DNA of 29,058 nucleotides from Escherichia coli (GTDB lineage Bacteria; Pseudomonadota; Gammaproteobacteria; Enterobacterales; Enterobacteriaceae): NCBI RefSeq assembly GCF_003334315.1, contig NZ_QOWR01000058.1; one strand, 5' to 3'. Shown piece by piece: positions 1 to 11,024 of this stretch (position 1 is its first letter; each line of letters starts with the position of its first letter). The notes under the pieces were generated by a model. It saw only the letters and a program-made list of their open reading frames with translations, ran no database searches and was not told where the DNA came from. The position numbers and the translations under genes were made by a program.

Positions 1-149
1 GGTTGAGAAGCGGTGTAAGTGAACTGCAGTTGCCATGTTTTACGGCAGTGAGAGCAGAGATAGCGCTGATGTCCGGCGGTGCTTTTGCCGTTACGCACCA
101 CCCCGTCAGTAGCTGAACAGGAGGGACAGCTGATAGAAACAGAAGCCAC
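1..149 (-). CDS. insA: IS1 InsA (transposition repressor / transposase N-terminal part), N-terminal ~49 codons, partial
   Basis: Minus-strand translation from a GTG at about 147..149 gives [49 protein letters not shown], which matches the InsA N-terminus with its Cys/His zinc-finger motif. The ORF runs off the window edge and is too short for the ORF track. Confidence 0.85.
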   Translation of the reverse strand, partial: MASVSISCPSCSATDGVVRNGKSTAGHQRYLCSHCRKTWQLQFTYTASQ

Positions 150-204
150 TGGAGCACCTAAAAAACACCATCATACACTAAATCAGTAAGTTGGCAGCAT
201 CACC
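1..204 (-). mobile_element. IS1 insertion sequence, left end only (element continues beyond the window start)
   Basis: Reverse complement of 1..204 begins with the IS1 terminal inverted repeat GGTGATGCTGCCAACTTACTGAT and continues into the insA 5' region; identity recognised from memory of the IS1 sequence. Inner boundary placed at 204 from the track stop codon of the adjacent ORF (200..202). Confidence 0.9.
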
Positions 205-715
205 CGACTGCATTATCAATTTGTTCCATCCAGGCGAAAAAGTTCAGCGTCTGTTCTGATGAGCTTGCATCCAGGTCAAGATCTGGCGCGGCTGAACCTA
301 ATACGATGTTACCGTCATTTTTGTCCATCAGTCGTACACCGACCCCAGTTGCTTCGCCTGCACTGGTGTTGCTCAACAAAGGCGTAGCACCAGTTGTCTT
401 AGCCGTGCTATCGAAGGTTACGCCAACTTTGGATACCGGCATTCCGCTACCGTTGTCAGAAGCAGGCAGATCACAGTTGATCAAGCGAATGTCGACGGCC
501 ACTTTATTGCTATGATGCTCCCGGTTTATATGGGTTGTCGTGACTTGTCCAAGATCTATGTTTTTATCAATATCTTCTGGATGAATTTCACAAGGTGCTT
601 CAATAACCTCCCCCTTAAAGTGAATTTCGCCAGAACCTTCATCAGCAGCATAAACAGGTGCAGTGAACAGCAGAGATACGGCCAGTGCGGCCAATGTTTT
701 TTGTCCTTTAAACAT
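200..715 (-). CDS. ybgD: Fimbrial-like subunit (YbgD-like), 171 codons; 3' end interrupted by IS1, so a probable pseudogene
   Basis: Track ORF with a signal peptide (MFKGQKTLAALAVSLLFTAPVYA) and pilin-like composition, in the position of ybgD next to gltA. The last codon plus the TGA stop lie inside the IS1 terminal repeat, so the native C-terminus is missing (K-12 YbgD is 188 aa from memory). Confidence 0.7.
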   Translation of the reverse strand: MFKGQKTLAALAVSLLFTAPVYAADEGSGEIHFKGEVIEAPCEIHPEDIDKNIDLGQVTTTHINREHHSNKVAVDIRLINCDLPASDNGSGMPVSKVGVTFDSTAKTTGATPLLSNTSAGEATGVGVRLMDKNDGNIVLGSAAPDLDLDASSSEQTLNFFAWMEQIDNAVG

Positions 716-1052
716 AACAGAGTCCTTTAAGGATATAGAATAGGGGTATAGCTACGCCAGAATATCGTATTTGATTATTGCTAGTTTTTAGTTTTGCTTA
801 AAAATATTGTTAGTTTTATTAAATGCAAAACTAAATTATTGGTATCATGAATTTGTTGTATGATGAATAAAATATAGGGGGGTATAGATAGACGTCATTT
901 TCATAGGGTTATAAATGCGACTACCATGAAGTTTTTAATTGAAAGTATTGGGTTGCTGATAATTTGAGCTGTTCTATTCTTTTTAAATATCTATATAGGT
1001 CTGTTAATGGATTTTATTTTTACAATTTTTTGTGTTTAGGCATATAAAAATC

Positions 1053-1078
1053 AACCCGCCATATGAACGGCGGGTTAA
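1053..1078 (-). terminator. Probable rho-independent terminator of gltA
   Basis: 8-bp GC-rich stem (aacccgcc/ggcgggtt) with an 8-nt loop, followed on the minus-strand transcript by a U-rich tract, about 27 nt after the gltA stop. Read by eye. Confidence 0.5.
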
Positions 1079-1104
1079 AATATTTACAACTTAGCAATCA
1101 ACCA

Positions 1105-2388
1105 TTAACGCTTGATATCGCTTTTAAAGTCGCGTTTTTCATATCCTGTATACAGCTGACGCGGACGGGCAATCTTCATACCGTCACTGTGCATTTCGCT
1201 CCAGTGGGCGATCCAGCCAACGGTACGTGCCATTGCGAAAATGACGGTGAACATGGAAGACGGAATACCCATCGCTTTCAGGATGATACCAGAGTAGAAA
1301 TCGACGTTCGGGTACAGTTTCTTCTCGATAAAGTACGGGTCGTTCAGCGCGATGTTTTCCAGCTCCATAGCCACTTCCAGCAGGTCATCCTTCGTGCCCA
1401 GCTCTTTCAGCACTTCATGGCAGGTTTCACGCATTACGGTGGCGCGCGGGTCGTAATTTTTGTACACGCGGTGACCGAAGCCCATCAGGCGGAAAGAATC
1501 ATTTTTGTCTTTCGCACGACGAACAAATTCCGGAATGTGTTTAACGGAGCTGATTTCTTCCAGCATTTTCAGCGCCGCTTCGTTAGCACCGCCGTGCGCA
1601 GGTCCCCACAGTGAAGCAATACCTGCTGCGATACAGGCAAACGGGTTCGCACCCGAAGAGCCAGCGGTACGCACGGTGGAGGTAGAGGCGTTCTGTTCAT
1701 GGTCAGCGTGCAGGATCAGAATACGGTCCATAGCACGTTCCAGAATCGGATTAACTTCATACGGTTCGCACGGCGTGGAGAACATCATATTCAGGAAGTT
1801 ACCGGCGTAGGAGAGATCGTTGCGCGGGTAAACAAATGGCTGACCAATGGAATACTTGTAACACATCGCGGCCATGGTCGGCATTTTCGACAGCAGGCGG
1901 AACGCGGCAATTTCACGGTGACGAGGATTGTTAACATCCAGCGAGTCGTGATAGAACGCCGCCAGCGCGCCGGTAATACCACACATGACTGCCATTGGAT
2001 GCGAGTCGCGACGGAAAGCATGGAACAGACGGGTAATCTGCTCGTGGATCATGGTATGACGGGTCACCGTAGTTTTAAATTCGTCATACTGTTCCTGAGT
2101 CGGTTTTTCACCATTCAGCAGGATGTAACAAACTTCCAGGTAGTTAGAATCGGTCGCCAGCTGATCGATCGGGAAACCGCGGTGCAGCAAAATACCTTCA
2201 TCACCATCAATAAAAGTAATTTTAGATTCGCAGGATGCGGTTGAAGTGAAGCCTGGGTCAAAGGTGAACACACCTTTTGAACCGAGAGTACGGATATCAA
2301 TAACATCTTGACCCAGCGTGCCTTTCAGCACATCCAGTTCAACAGCTGTATCCCCGTTGAGGGTGAGTTTTGCTTTTGTATCAGCCAT
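1105..2388 (-). CDS. gltA: Citrate synthase
   Basis: Track ORF, 427 aa, [23 protein letters not shown]...; length and sequence match E. coli GltA; diverges from sdhC as expected. Confidence 0.97.
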   Translation of the reverse strand: MADTKAKLTLNGDTAVELDVLKGTLGQDVIDIRTLGSKGVFTFDPGFTSTASCESKITFIDGDEGILLHRGFPIDQLATDSNYLEVCYILLNGEKPTQEQYDEFKTTVTRHTMIHEQITRLFHAFRRDSHPMAVMCGITGALAAFYHDSLDVNNPRHREIAAFRLLSKMPTMAAMCYKYSIGQPFVYPRNDLSYAGNFLNMMFSTPCEPYEVNPILERAMDRILILHADHEQNASTSTVRTAGSSGANPFACIAAGIASLWGPAHGGANEAALKMLEEISSVKHIPEFVRRAKDKNDSFRLMGFGHRVYKNYDPRATVMRETCHEVLKELGTKDDLLEVAMELENIALNDPYFIEKKLYPNVDFYSGIILKAMGIPSSMFTVIFAMARTVGWIAHWSEMHSDGMKIARPRQLYTGYEKRDFKSDIKR

Positions 2389-3096
2389 TTAAGGTCTCCT
2401 TAGCGCCTTATTGCGTAAGACTGCCGGAACTTAAATTTGCCTTCGCACATCAACCTGGCTTTACCCGTTTTTTATTTGGCTCGCCGCTCTGTGAAAGAGG
2501 GGAAAACCTGGGTACAGAGCTCTGGGCGCTTGCAGGTAAAGGATCCATTGATGACGAATAAATGGCGAATCAAGTACTTAGCAATCCGAATTATTAAACT
2601 TGTCTACCACTAATAACTGTCCCGAATGAATTGGTCAATACTTCCACACTGTTACATAAGTTAATCTTAGGTGAAATACCGACTTCATAACTTTTACGCA
2701 TTATATGCTTTTCCTGGTAATGTTTGTAACAACTTTGTTGAATGATTGTCAAATTAGATGATTAAAAATTAAATAAATGTTGTTATCGTGACCTGGATCA
2801 CTGTTCAGGATAAAACCCGACAAACTATATGTAGGTTAATTGTAATGATTTTGTGAACAGCCTATACTGCCGCCAGGTCTCCGGAACACCCTGCAATCCC
2901 GAGCCACCCAGCGTTGTAACGTGTCGTTTTCGCATCTGGAAGCAGTGTTTTGCATGACGCGCAGTTATAGAAAGGACGCTGTCTGACCCGCAAGCAGACC
3001 GGAGGAAGGAAATCCCGACGTCTCCAGGTAACAGAAAGTTAACCTCTGTGCCCGTAGTCCCCAGGGAATAATAAGAACAGCATGTGGGCGTTATTC
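2389..3096. promoter_or_regulatory. gltA-sdhC divergent control region (gltA and sdhC promoters, sdhC 5' leader)
   Basis: 708-bp AT-rich non-coding spacer between divergent gltA and sdhC; in E. coli this carries both promoters and ArcA/CRP/FNR regulation (established knowledge). I did not map individual sites. Confidence 0.5.
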
Positions 3097-3486
3097 ATGA
3101 TAAGAAATGTGAAAAAACAAAGACCTGTTAATCTGGACCTACAGACCATCCGGTTCCCCATCACGGCGATAGCGTCCATTCTCCATCGCGTTTCCGGTGT
3201 GATCACCTTTGTTGCAGTGGGCATCCTGCTGTGGCTTCTGGGTACCAGCCTCTCTTCCCCTGAAGGTTTCGAGCAAGCTTCCGCGATTATGGGCAGCTTC
3301 TTCGTCAAATTTATCATGTGGGGCATCCTTACCGCTCTGGCGTATCACGTCGTCGTAGGTATTCGCCACATGATGATGGATTTTGGCTATCTGGAAGAAA
3401 CATTCGAAGCGGGTAAACGCTCCGCCAAAATCTCCTTTGTTATTACTGTCGTGCTTTCACTTCTCGCAGGAGTCCTCGTATGGTAA
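3097..3486 (+). CDS. sdhC: Succinate dehydrogenase cytochrome b556 subunit
   Basis: Track ORF 3082..3486; the native start is the internal [15 protein letters not shown]... (129 aa). Ends 7 nt into sdhD. Confidence 0.95.
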
Positions 3487-3827
3487 GCAACGCCTCCGCA
3501 TTAGGACGCAATGGCGTACATGATTTCATCCTCGTTCGCGCTACCGCTATCGTCCTGACGCTCTACATCATTTATATGGTCGGTTTTTTCGCTACCAGTG
3601 GCGAGCTGACATATGAAGTCTGGATCGGTTTCTTCGCCTCTGCGTTCACCAAAGTGTTCACCCTGCTGGCGCTGTTTTCTATCTTGATCCATGCCTGGAT
3701 CGGCATGTGGCAGGTGTTGACCGACTACGTTAAACCGCTGGCTTTGCGCCTGATGCTGCAACTGGTGATTGTCGTTGCACTGGTGGTTTACGTGATTTAT
3801 GGATTCGTTGTGGTGTGGGGTGTGTGA
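3480..3827 (+). CDS. sdhD: Succinate dehydrogenase hydrophobic membrane anchor subunit
   Basis: Track ORF, 115 aa, [21 protein letters not shown]...; stop overlaps the sdhA start (TGATG). Confidence 0.95.
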
Positions 3828-5593
3828 TGAAATTGCCAGTCAGAGAATTTGATGCAGTTGTGATTGGTGCCGGTGGCGCAGGTATGCGCGCGGCGCTGCA
3901 AATTTCCCAGAGCGGCCAGACCTGTGCGCTGCTCTCTAAAGTCTTCCCGACCCGTTCCCATACCGTTTCTGCGCAAGGCGGCATTACCGTTGCGCTGGGT
4001 AATACCCATGAAGATAACTGGGAATGGCATATGTACGACACCGTGAAAGGGTCGGACTATATCGGTGACCAGGACGCGATTGAATATATGTGTAAAACCG
4101 GGCCGGAAGCGATTCTGGAACTCGAACACATGGGCCTGCCGTTCTCGCGTCTCGATGATGGTCGTATCTATCAACGTCCGTTTGGCGGTCAGTCGAAAAA
4201 CTTCGGCGGCGAGCAGGCGGCACGCACTGCGGCAGCAGCTGACCGTACCGGTCACGCACTGTTGCACACGCTTTATCAGCAGAACCTGAAAAACCACACC
4301 ACCATTTTCTCCGAGTGGTATGCGCTGGATCTGGTGAAAAACCAGGATGGCGCGGTGGTGGGTTGTACCGCACTGTGCATCGAAACCGGTGAAGTGGTTT
4401 ATTTCAAAGCCCGCGCTACCGTGCTGGCGACTGGCGGAGCAGGGCGTATTTATCAGTCCACCACCAACGCCCACATTAACACCGGCGACGGTGTCGGCAT
4501 GGCTATCCGTGCCGGCGTACCGGTGCAGGATATGGAAATGTGGCAGTTCCACCCGACCGGCATTGCCGGTGCGGGCGTACTGGTCACCGAAGGTTGCCGT
4601 GGTGAAGGCGGTTATCTGCTGAACAAACATGGCGAACGTTTTATGGAGCGTTATGCGCCGAACGCCAAAGACCTGGCGGGCCGTGACGTGGTTGCGCGTT
4701 CCATCATGATCGAAATCCGTGAAGGTCGCGGCTGTGATGGTCCGTGGGGGCCACACGCGAAACTGAAACTCGATCACCTGGGTAAAGAAGTTCTCGAATC
4801 CCGTCTGCCGGGTATCCTGGAGCTTTCCCGTACCTTCGCTCACGTCGATCCGGTGAAAGAGCCGATTCCGGTTATCCCAACCTGTCACTACATGATGGGC
4901 GGTATTCCGACCAAAGTTACCGGTCAGGCGCTGACTGTGAATGAGAAAGGCGAAGATGTGGTTGTTCCGGGACTGTTTGCCGTTGGTGAAATCGCTTGTG
5001 TATCGGTACACGGCGCTAACCGTCTGGGCGGCAACTCGCTGCTGGACCTGGTGGTCTTTGGTCGCGCGGCAGGTCTGCATCTGCAAGAGTCTATCGCCGA
5101 GCAGGGCGCACTGCGCGATGCCAGCGAGTCTGATGTTGAAGCGTCTCTGGATCGCCTGAACCGCTGGAACAATAATCGTAACGGTGAAGATCCGGTGGCG
5201 ATCCGTAAAGCGCTGCAAGAATGTATGCAGCATAACTTCTCGGTCTTCCGTGAAGGTGATGCGATGGCGAAAGGGCTTGAGCAGTTGAAAGTGATCCGCG
5301 AGCGTCTGAAAAATGCCCGTCTGGATGACACTTCCAGCGAGTTCAACACCCAGCGCGTTGAGTGCCTGGAACTGGATAACCTGATGGAAACGGCGTATGC
5401 AACGGCTGTTTCTGCCAACTTCCGTACCGAAAGCCGTGGCGCGCATAGCCGCTTCGACTTCCCGGATCGTGATGATGAAAACTGGCTGTGCCACTCCCTG
5501 TATCTGCCAGAGTCGGAATCCATGACGCGCCGAAGCGTCAACATGGAACCGAAACTGCGCCCGGCATTCCCGCCGAAGATTCGTACTTACTAA
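3827..5593 (+). CDS. sdhA: Succinate dehydrogenase flavoprotein subunit
   Basis: Track ORF 3815..5593; the native start is [24 protein letters not shown] (588 aa), with an FAD-binding GxGxxG motif. Confidence 0.97.
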   Translation: MKLPVREFDAVVIGAGGAGMRAALQISQSGQTCALLSKVFPTRSHTVSAQGGITVALGNTHEDNWEWHMYDTVKGSDYIGDQDAIEYMCKTGPEAILELEHMGLPFSRLDDGRIYQRPFGGQSKNFGGEQAARTAAAADRTGHALLHTLYQQNLKNHTTIFSEWYALDLVKNQDGAVVGCTALCIETGEVVYFKARATVLATGGAGRIYQSTTNAHINTGDGVGMAIRAGVPVQDMEMWQFHPTGIAGAGVLVTEGCRGEGGYLLNKHGERFMERYAPNAKDLAGRDVVARSIMIEIREGRGCDGPWGPHAKLKLDHLGKEVLESRLPGILELSRTFAHVDPVKEPIPVIPTCHYMMGGIPTKVTGQALTVNEKGEDVVVPGLFAVGEIACVSVHGANRLGGNSLLDLVVFGRAAGLHLQESIAEQGALRDASESDVEASLDRLNRWNNNRNGEDPVAIRKALQECMQHNFSVFREGDAMAKGLEQLKVIRERLKNARLDDTSSEFNTQRVECLELDNLMETAYATAVSANFRTESRGAHSRFDFPDRDDENWLCHSLYLPESESMTRRSVNMEPKLRPAFPPKIRTY

Positions 5594-5608
5594 TGCGGAG
5601 ACAGGAAA

Positions 5609-6325
5609 ATGAGACTCGAGTTTTCAATTTATCGCTATAACCCGGATGTTGATGATGCTCCGCGTATGCAGGATTACACCCTGGAAGCGGATGAAGGTCG
5701 CGACATGATGCTGCTGGATGCGCTTATCCAGCTAAAAGAGAAAGATCCCAGCCTGTCGTTCCGCCGCTCCTGCCGTGAAGGTGTGTGCGGTTCCGACGGT
5801 CTGAACATGAACGGCAAGAATGGTCTGGCCTGTATTACCCCGATTTCGGCACTCAACCAGCCGGGCAAGAAGATTGTGATTCGCCCGCTGCCAGGTTTAC
5901 CGGTGATCCGCGATTTGGTGGTAGACATGGGACAATTCTATGCGCAATATGAGAAAATTAAGCCTTACCTGTTGAATAATGGACAAAATCCGCCAGCTCG
6001 CGAGCATTTACAGATGCCAGAGCAGCGCGAAAAACTCGACGGGCTGTATGAATGTATTCTCTGCGCATGTTGTTCAACCTCTTGTCCGTCTTTCTGGTGG
6101 AATCCCGATAAGTTTATCGGCCCGGCAGGCTTGTTAGCGGCATATCGTTTCCTGATTGATAGCCGTGATACCGAGACTGACAGCCGCCTCGACGGTTTGA
6201 GTGATGCATTCAGCGTATTCCGCTGTCACAGCATCATGAACTGCGTCAGTGTATGTCCGAAGGGGCTGAACCCGACGCGCGCCATCGGCCATATCAAGTC
6301 GATGTTGTTGCAACGTAATGCGTAA
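5609..6325 (+). CDS. sdhB: Succinate dehydrogenase iron-sulfur subunit
   Basis: Track ORF, 238 aa; Cys clusters for 2Fe-2S, 4Fe-4S and 3Fe-4S centres (CREGVCGSDG..., CILCACCSTSCP..., CHSIMNCVSVCP). Confidence 0.97.
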   Translation: MRLEFSIYRYNPDVDDAPRMQDYTLEADEGRDMMLLDALIQLKEKDPSLSFRRSCREGVCGSDGLNMNGKNGLACITPISALNQPGKKIVIRPLPGLPVIRDLVVDMGQFYAQYEKIKPYLLNNGQNPPAREHLQMPEQREKLDGLYECILCACCSTSCPSFWWNPDKFIGPAGLLAAYRFLIDSRDTETDSRLDGLSDAFSVFRCHSIMNCVSVCPKGLNPTRAIGHIKSMLLQRNA

Positions 6326-6326
6326 A

Positions 6327-6448
6327 CCGTAGGCCTGATAAGACGCGCAAGCGTCGCATCAGGCAACCAGTGCCGGATGCGGCGTGAACGCCTTATCCGG
6401 CCTACAAGTCATTACCCGTAGGCCTGATAAGCGCAGCGCATCAGGCGT
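6327..6448. repeat. BIME (cluster of about three REP palindromic units) in the sdhB-sucA spacer
   Basis: Imperfect palindromes of REP type (gcctgataagacgcg...cgtcgcatcaggc; gccggatgcggcgtgaacgccttatccggcctac) in alternating orientation. Read by eye. Confidence 0.7.
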
Positions 6449-6625
6449 AACAAAGAAATGCAGGAAATCTTTAAAAACTGCCCCTGACACTAAGACAGTT
6501 TTTAAAGGTTCCTTCGCGAGCCACTACATAGACAAGAGCTCGCAAGTGAACCCCGGCACGCACATCACTGTGCGTGGTAGTATCCACGGCGAAGTAAGCA
6601 TAAAAAAGATGCTTAAGGGATCACG

Positions 6626-9427
6626 ATGCAGAACAGCGCTTTGAAAGCCTGGTTGGACTCTTCTTACCTCTCTGGCGCAAACCAGAGCTGGATAGAACAG
6701 CTCTATGAAGACTTCTTAACCGATCCTGACTCGGTTGACGCTAACTGGCGTTCGACGTTCCAGCAGTTACCTGGTACGGGAGTCAAACCGGATCAATTCC
6801 ACTCTCAAACGCGTGAATATTTCCGCCGCCTGGCGAAAGACGCTTCACGTTACTCTTCAACGATCTCCGACCCTGACACCAATGTGAAGCAGGTTAAAGT
6901 CCTGCAGCTCATTAACGCATACCGCTTCCGTGGTCACCAGCATGCGAATCTCGATCCGCTGGGACTGTGGCAGCAAGATAAAGTGGCCGATCTGGATCCG
7001 TCTTTCCACGATCTGACCGAAGCAGACTTCCAGGAGACCTTCAACGTCGGTTCATTTGCCAGCGGCAAAGAAACCATGAAACTCGGCGAGCTGCTGGAAG
7101 CCCTCAAGCAAACCTACTGCGGCCCGATTGGTGCCGAGTATATGCACATTACCAGCACCGAAGAAAAACGCTGGATCCAACAGCGTATCGAGTCTGGTCG
7201 CGCGACTTTCAATAGCGAAGAGAAAAAACGCTTCTTAAGCGAACTGACCGCCGCTGAAGGTCTTGAACGTTACCTCGGCGCAAAATTCCCTGGCGCAAAA
7301 CGCTTCTCGCTGGAAGGCGGTGACGCGTTAATCCCGATGCTTAAAGAGATGATCCGCCACGCTGGCAACAGCGGCACCCGCGAAGTGGTTCTCGGGATGG
7401 CGCACCGTGGTCGTCTGAACGTGCTGGTGAACGTGCTGGGTAAAAAACCGCAAGACTTGTTCGACGAGTTCGCCGGTAAACATAAAGAACACCTCGGCAC
7501 GGGTGACGTGAAATACCACATGGGCTTCTCGTCTGACTTCCAGACCGATGGCGGCCTGGTGCACCTGGCGCTGGCGTTTAACCCGTCTCACCTTGAGATT
7601 GTAAGCCCGGTAGTTATCGGTTCTGTTCGTGCCCGTCTGGACAGACTTGATGAGCCGAGCAGCAACAAAGTGCTGCCAATCACCATCCACGGTGACGCCG
7701 CAGTGACCGGGCAGGGCGTGGTTCAGGAAACCCTGAACATGTCGAAAGCGCGTGGTTATGAAGTTGGCGGTACGGTACGTATCGTTATCAACAACCAGGT
7801 TGGTTTCACCACCTCTAATCCGCTGGATGCCCGTTCTACGCCGTACTGTACTGATATCGGTAAGATGGTTCAGGCCCCGATTTTCCACGTTAACGCGGAC
7901 GATCCGGAAGCCGTTGCCTTTGTGACCCGTCTGGCGCTCGATTTCCGTAACACCTTTAAACGTGATGTCTTCATCGACCTGGTGTGCTACCGCCGTCACG
8001 GCCACAACGAAGCCGACGAGCCGAGCGCAACCCAGCCGCTGATGTATCAGAAAATCAAAAAACATCCGACACCGCGCAAAATCTACGCTGACAAGCTGGA
8101 GCAGGAAAAAGTGGCGACGCTGGAAGATGCCACCGAGATGGTTAACCTGTACCGCGATGCGCTGGATGCTGGCGATTGCGTAGTGGCAGAGTGGCGTCCG
8201 ATGAACATGCACTCTTTCACCTGGTCGCCGTACCTCAACCACGAATGGGACGAAGAGTACCCGAACAAAGTTGAGATGAAGCGCCTGCAGGAGCTGGCGA
8301 AACGCATCAGCACGGTGCCGGAAGCAGTTGAAATGCAGTCTCGCGTTGCCAAGATTTATGGCGATCGCCAGGCGATGGCTGCCGGTGAGAAACTGTTCGA
8401 CTGGGGCGGTGCGGAAAACCTCGCTTACGCCACGCTGGTTGATGAAGGCATTCCGGTTCGCCTGTCGGGTGAAGACTCCGGTCGCGGTACCTTCTTCCAC
8501 CGCCACGCGGTGATCCACAACCAGTCTAACGGTTCCACTTACACGCCGCTGCAACATATCCATAACGGGCAGGGCGCGTTCCGTGTCTGGGACTCCGTAC
8601 TGTCTGAAGAAGCAGTGCTGGCGTTTGAATATGGTTATGCCACCGCAGAACCACGCACTCTGACCATCTGGGAAGCGCAGTTCGGTGACTTCGCCAACGG
8701 TGCGCAGGTGGTTATCGACCAGTTCATCTCCTCTGGCGAACAGAAATGGGGCCGGATGTGTGGTCTGGTGATGTTGCTGCCGCACGGTTACGAAGGGCAG
8801 GGGCCGGAGCACTCCTCCGCGCGTCTGGAACGTTATCTGCAACTTTGTGCTGAGCAAAACATGCAGGTTTGCGTACCGTCTACCCCGGCACAGGTTTACC
8901 ACATGCTGCGTCGTCAGGCGCTGCGCGGGATGCGTCGTCCGCTGGTCGTGATGTCGCCGAAATCCCTGCTGCGTCATCCGCTGGCGGTTTCCAGCCTCGA
9001 AGAACTGGCGAACGGCACCTTCCTGCCAGCCATCGGTGAAATCGACGAGCTTGATCCGAAGGGCGTGAAGCGCGTAGTGATGTGTTCTGGTAAGGTTTAT
9101 TACGACCTGCTGGAACAGCGTCGTAAGAACAATCAACACGATGTCGCCATTGTGCGTATCGAGCAACTCTACCCGTTCCCGCATAAAGCGATGCAGGAAG
9201 TGTTGCAGCAGTTTGCTCACGTCAAGGATTTTGTCTGGTGCCAGGAAGAGCCGCTCAACCAGGGCGCATGGTACTGCAGCCAGCATCATTTCCGTGAAGT
9301 GATTCCGTTTGGGGCTTCTCTGCGTTATGCAGGCCGCCCGGCCTCCGCCTCTCCGGCGGTAGGGTATATGTCCGTTCACCAGAAACAGCAACAAGATCTG
9401 GTTAATGACGCGCTGAACGTCGAATAA
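6626..9427 (+). CDS. sucA: 2-oxoglutarate dehydrogenase E1 component
   Basis: Track ORF, 933 aa, [31 protein letters not shown]...; length and sequence as E. coli SucA. Confidence 0.97.
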   Translation: MQNSALKAWLDSSYLSGANQSWIEQLYEDFLTDPDSVDANWRSTFQQLPGTGVKPDQFHSQTREYFRRLAKDASRYSSTISDPDTNVKQVKVLQLINAYRFRGHQHANLDPLGLWQQDKVADLDPSFHDLTEADFQETFNVGSFASGKETMKLGELLEALKQTYCGPIGAEYMHITSTEEKRWIQQRIESGRATFNSEEKKRFLSELTAAEGLERYLGAKFPGAKRFSLEGGDALIPMLKEMIRHAGNSGTREVVLGMAHRGRLNVLVNVLGKKPQDLFDEFAGKHKEHLGTGDVKYHMGFSSDFQTDGGLVHLALAFNPSHLEIVSPVVIGSVRARLDRLDEPSSNKVLPITIHGDAAVTGQGVVQETLNMSKARGYEVGGTVRIVINNQVGFTTSNPLDARSTPYCTDIGKMVQAPIFHVNADDPEAVAFVTRLALDFRNTFKRDVFIDLVCYRRHGHNEADEPSATQPLMYQKIKKHPTPRKIYADKLEQEKVATLEDATEMVNLYRDALDAGDCVVAEWRPMNMHSFTWSPYLNHEWDEEYPNKVEMKRLQELAKRISTVPEAVEMQSRVAKIYGDRQAMAAGEKLFDWGGAENLAYATLVDEGIPVRLSGEDSGRGTFFHRHAVIHNQSNGSTYTPLQHIHNGQGAFRVWDSVLSEEAVLAFEYGYATAEPRTLTIWEAQFGDFANGAQVVIDQFISSGEQKWGRMCGLVMLLPHGYEGQGPEHSSARLERYLQLCAEQNMQVCVPSTPAQVYHMLRRQALRGMRRPLVVMSPKSLLRHPLAVSSLEELANGTFLPAIGEIDELDPKGVKRVVMCSGKVYYDLLEQRRKNNQHDVAIVRIEQLYPFPHKAMQEVLQQFAHVKDFVWCQEEPLNQGAWYCSQHHFREVIPFGASLRYAGRPASASPAVGYMSVHQKQQQDLVNDALNVE

Positions 9428-9441
9428 ATAAAGGATACACA

Positions 9442-10659
9442 ATGAGTAGCGTAGATATTCTGGTCCCTGACCTGCCTGAATCCGTAGCCGATGCCACCGT
9501 CGCAACCTGGCATAAAAAACCCGGCGACGCAGTCGTACGTGATGAAGTGCTGGTAGAAATCGAAACTGACAAAGTGGTACTGGAAGTACCGGCATCAGCA
9601 GACGGCATTCTGGATGCGGTTCTGGAAGATGAAGGTACAACGGTAACGTCTCGTCAGATCCTTGGTCGCCTGCGTGAAGGCAACAGCGCCGGTAAAGAAA
9701 CCAGCGCCAAATCTGAAGAGAAAGCGTCCACTCCGGCGCAACGCCAGCAGGCGTCTCTGGAAGAGCAAAACAACGATGCGTTAAGCCCGGCGATCCGTCG
9801 CCTGCTGGCTGAACACAATCTCGACGCCAGCGCCATTAAAGGCACCGGTGTGGGTGGTCGTCTGACTCGTGAAGATGTGGAAAAACATCTGGCGAAAGCC
9901 CCGGCGAAAGAGTCTGCTCCGGCAGCGGCTGCTCCGGCGGCGCAACCGGCTCTGGCTGCACGTAGTGAAAAACGTGTCCCGATGACTCGCCTGCGTAAGC
10001 GTGTGGCAGAGCGTCTGCTGGAAGCGAAAAACTCCACCGCCATGCTGACCACGTTCAACGAAGTCAACATGAAGCCGATTATGGATCTGCGTAAGCAGTA
10101 CGGTGAAGCGTTTGAAAAACGCCACGGCATCCGTCTGGGCTTTATGTCCTTCTACGTGAAAGCGGTGGTTGAAGCCCTGAAACGTTACCCGGAAGTGAAC
10201 GCTTCTATCGACGGCGATGACGTGGTTTACCACAACTATTTCGACGTCAGCATGGCGGTTTCTACGCCGCGCGGCCTGGTGACGCCGGTTCTGCGTGATG
10301 TCGATACCCTCGGCATGGCAGACATCGAGAAGAAAATCAAAGAGCTGGCAGTCAAAGGCCGTGACGGCAAGCTGACCGTTGAAGATCTGACCGGTGGTAA
10401 CTTCACCATCACCAACGGTGGTGTGTTCGGTTCCCTGATGTCTACGCCGATCATCAACCCGCCGCAGAGCGCAATTCTGGGTATGCACGCTATCAAAGAT
10501 CGTCCGATGGCGGTGAATGGTCAGGTTGAGATCCTGCCGATGATGTACCTGGCGCTGTCCTACGATCACCGTCTGATCGATGGTCGCGAATCCGTGGGCT
10601 TCCTGGTAACGATCAAAGAGTTGCTGGAAGATCCGACGCGTCTGCTGCTGGACGTGTAG
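9442..10659 (+). CDS. sucB: Dihydrolipoyllysine-residue succinyltransferase (E2 of 2-oxoglutarate dehydrogenase)
   Basis: Track ORF, 405 aa; N-terminal lipoyl domain ([13 protein letters not shown]), Ala/Pro linker, catalytic domain with DHRLIDG. Confidence 0.97.
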
Positions 10660-10674
10660 TAGTTTAAGTTTCAC

Positions 10675-10988
10675 CTGCACTGTAGACCGGATAAGGCATT
10701 ATCGCCTTCTCCGGCAATTGAAGCCTGATGCGACGCTGACGCGTCTTATCAGGCCTACGGGACCACCAATGTAGGTCGGATAAGGCGCTAGCGCCGCATC
10801 CGACAAGCGATGCCTGATGTGACGGTTAACGTGTCTTATCAGGCCTACGGGGACCACCAATGTAGGTCGGATAAGGCGCAAGCGCCGCATCCGACAAGCG
10901 ATGCCTGATGTGACGTTTAACGTGTCTTATCAGGCCTACGGGTGACCGACAATGCCCGGAAGCGATACGAAATATTCGGTCTACGGTT
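10675..10988. repeat. Tandem BIME array: about 2.5 copies of a ~90-bp unit built from paired REP palindromes
   Basis: The unit (gaccaccaatgtaggtcggataaggcg...gcgccgcatccgacaagcgatgcctgatgtgacg.ttaacgtgtcttatcaggcctacgg) recurs with a period of about 90-91 bp, with only a few substitutions between copies. Read by eye. Confidence 0.75.
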
Positions 10989-11024
10989 TAAAAGATAACG
11001 ATTACTGAAGGATGGACAGAACAC

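Noticed and set aside
200-730. Plus-strand ORFs (69 and 72 aa) overlapping ybgD
   Set aside because: Antisense to the fimbrial subunit ORF, which has a clear signal peptide and pilin-like composition.
1063-2244. Plus-strand ORFs of 183, 101 and 181 aa inside gltA
   Set aside because: Antisense to citrate synthase, which is unambiguous on the minus strand.
3039-3369. Minus-strand ORFs (95 and 76 aa) at the sdhC 5' end
   Set aside because: Overlap the sdhC leader and coding start in antisense; no independent support.
3797-5494. 565-aa minus-strand ORF antisense to sdhA
   Set aside because: Completely overlaps sdhA in antisense; no SD, no recognisable domains, composition typical of a stop-free antisense frame of a GC-rich, codon-biased gene.
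6384-6644. 86-aa plus-strand ORF in the sdhB-sucA spacer
   Set aside because: Starts inside the BIME and runs into the sucA start in another frame; no SD; the sequence is explained by REP elements and the sucA leader.
7328-9640. 770-aa minus-strand ORF antisense to sucA/sucB
   Set aside because: Antisense to two well-identified genes and spans their intergenic junction; Arg/His/Leu-rich artefactual translation.
10675-10988. Possible CRISPR array suggested by regularly spaced repeats
   Set aside because: The repeats are imperfect REP palindromes in alternating orientation forming a BIME, the inter-repeat segments are themselves repeated (no unique spacers), and no cas genes or leader are present.
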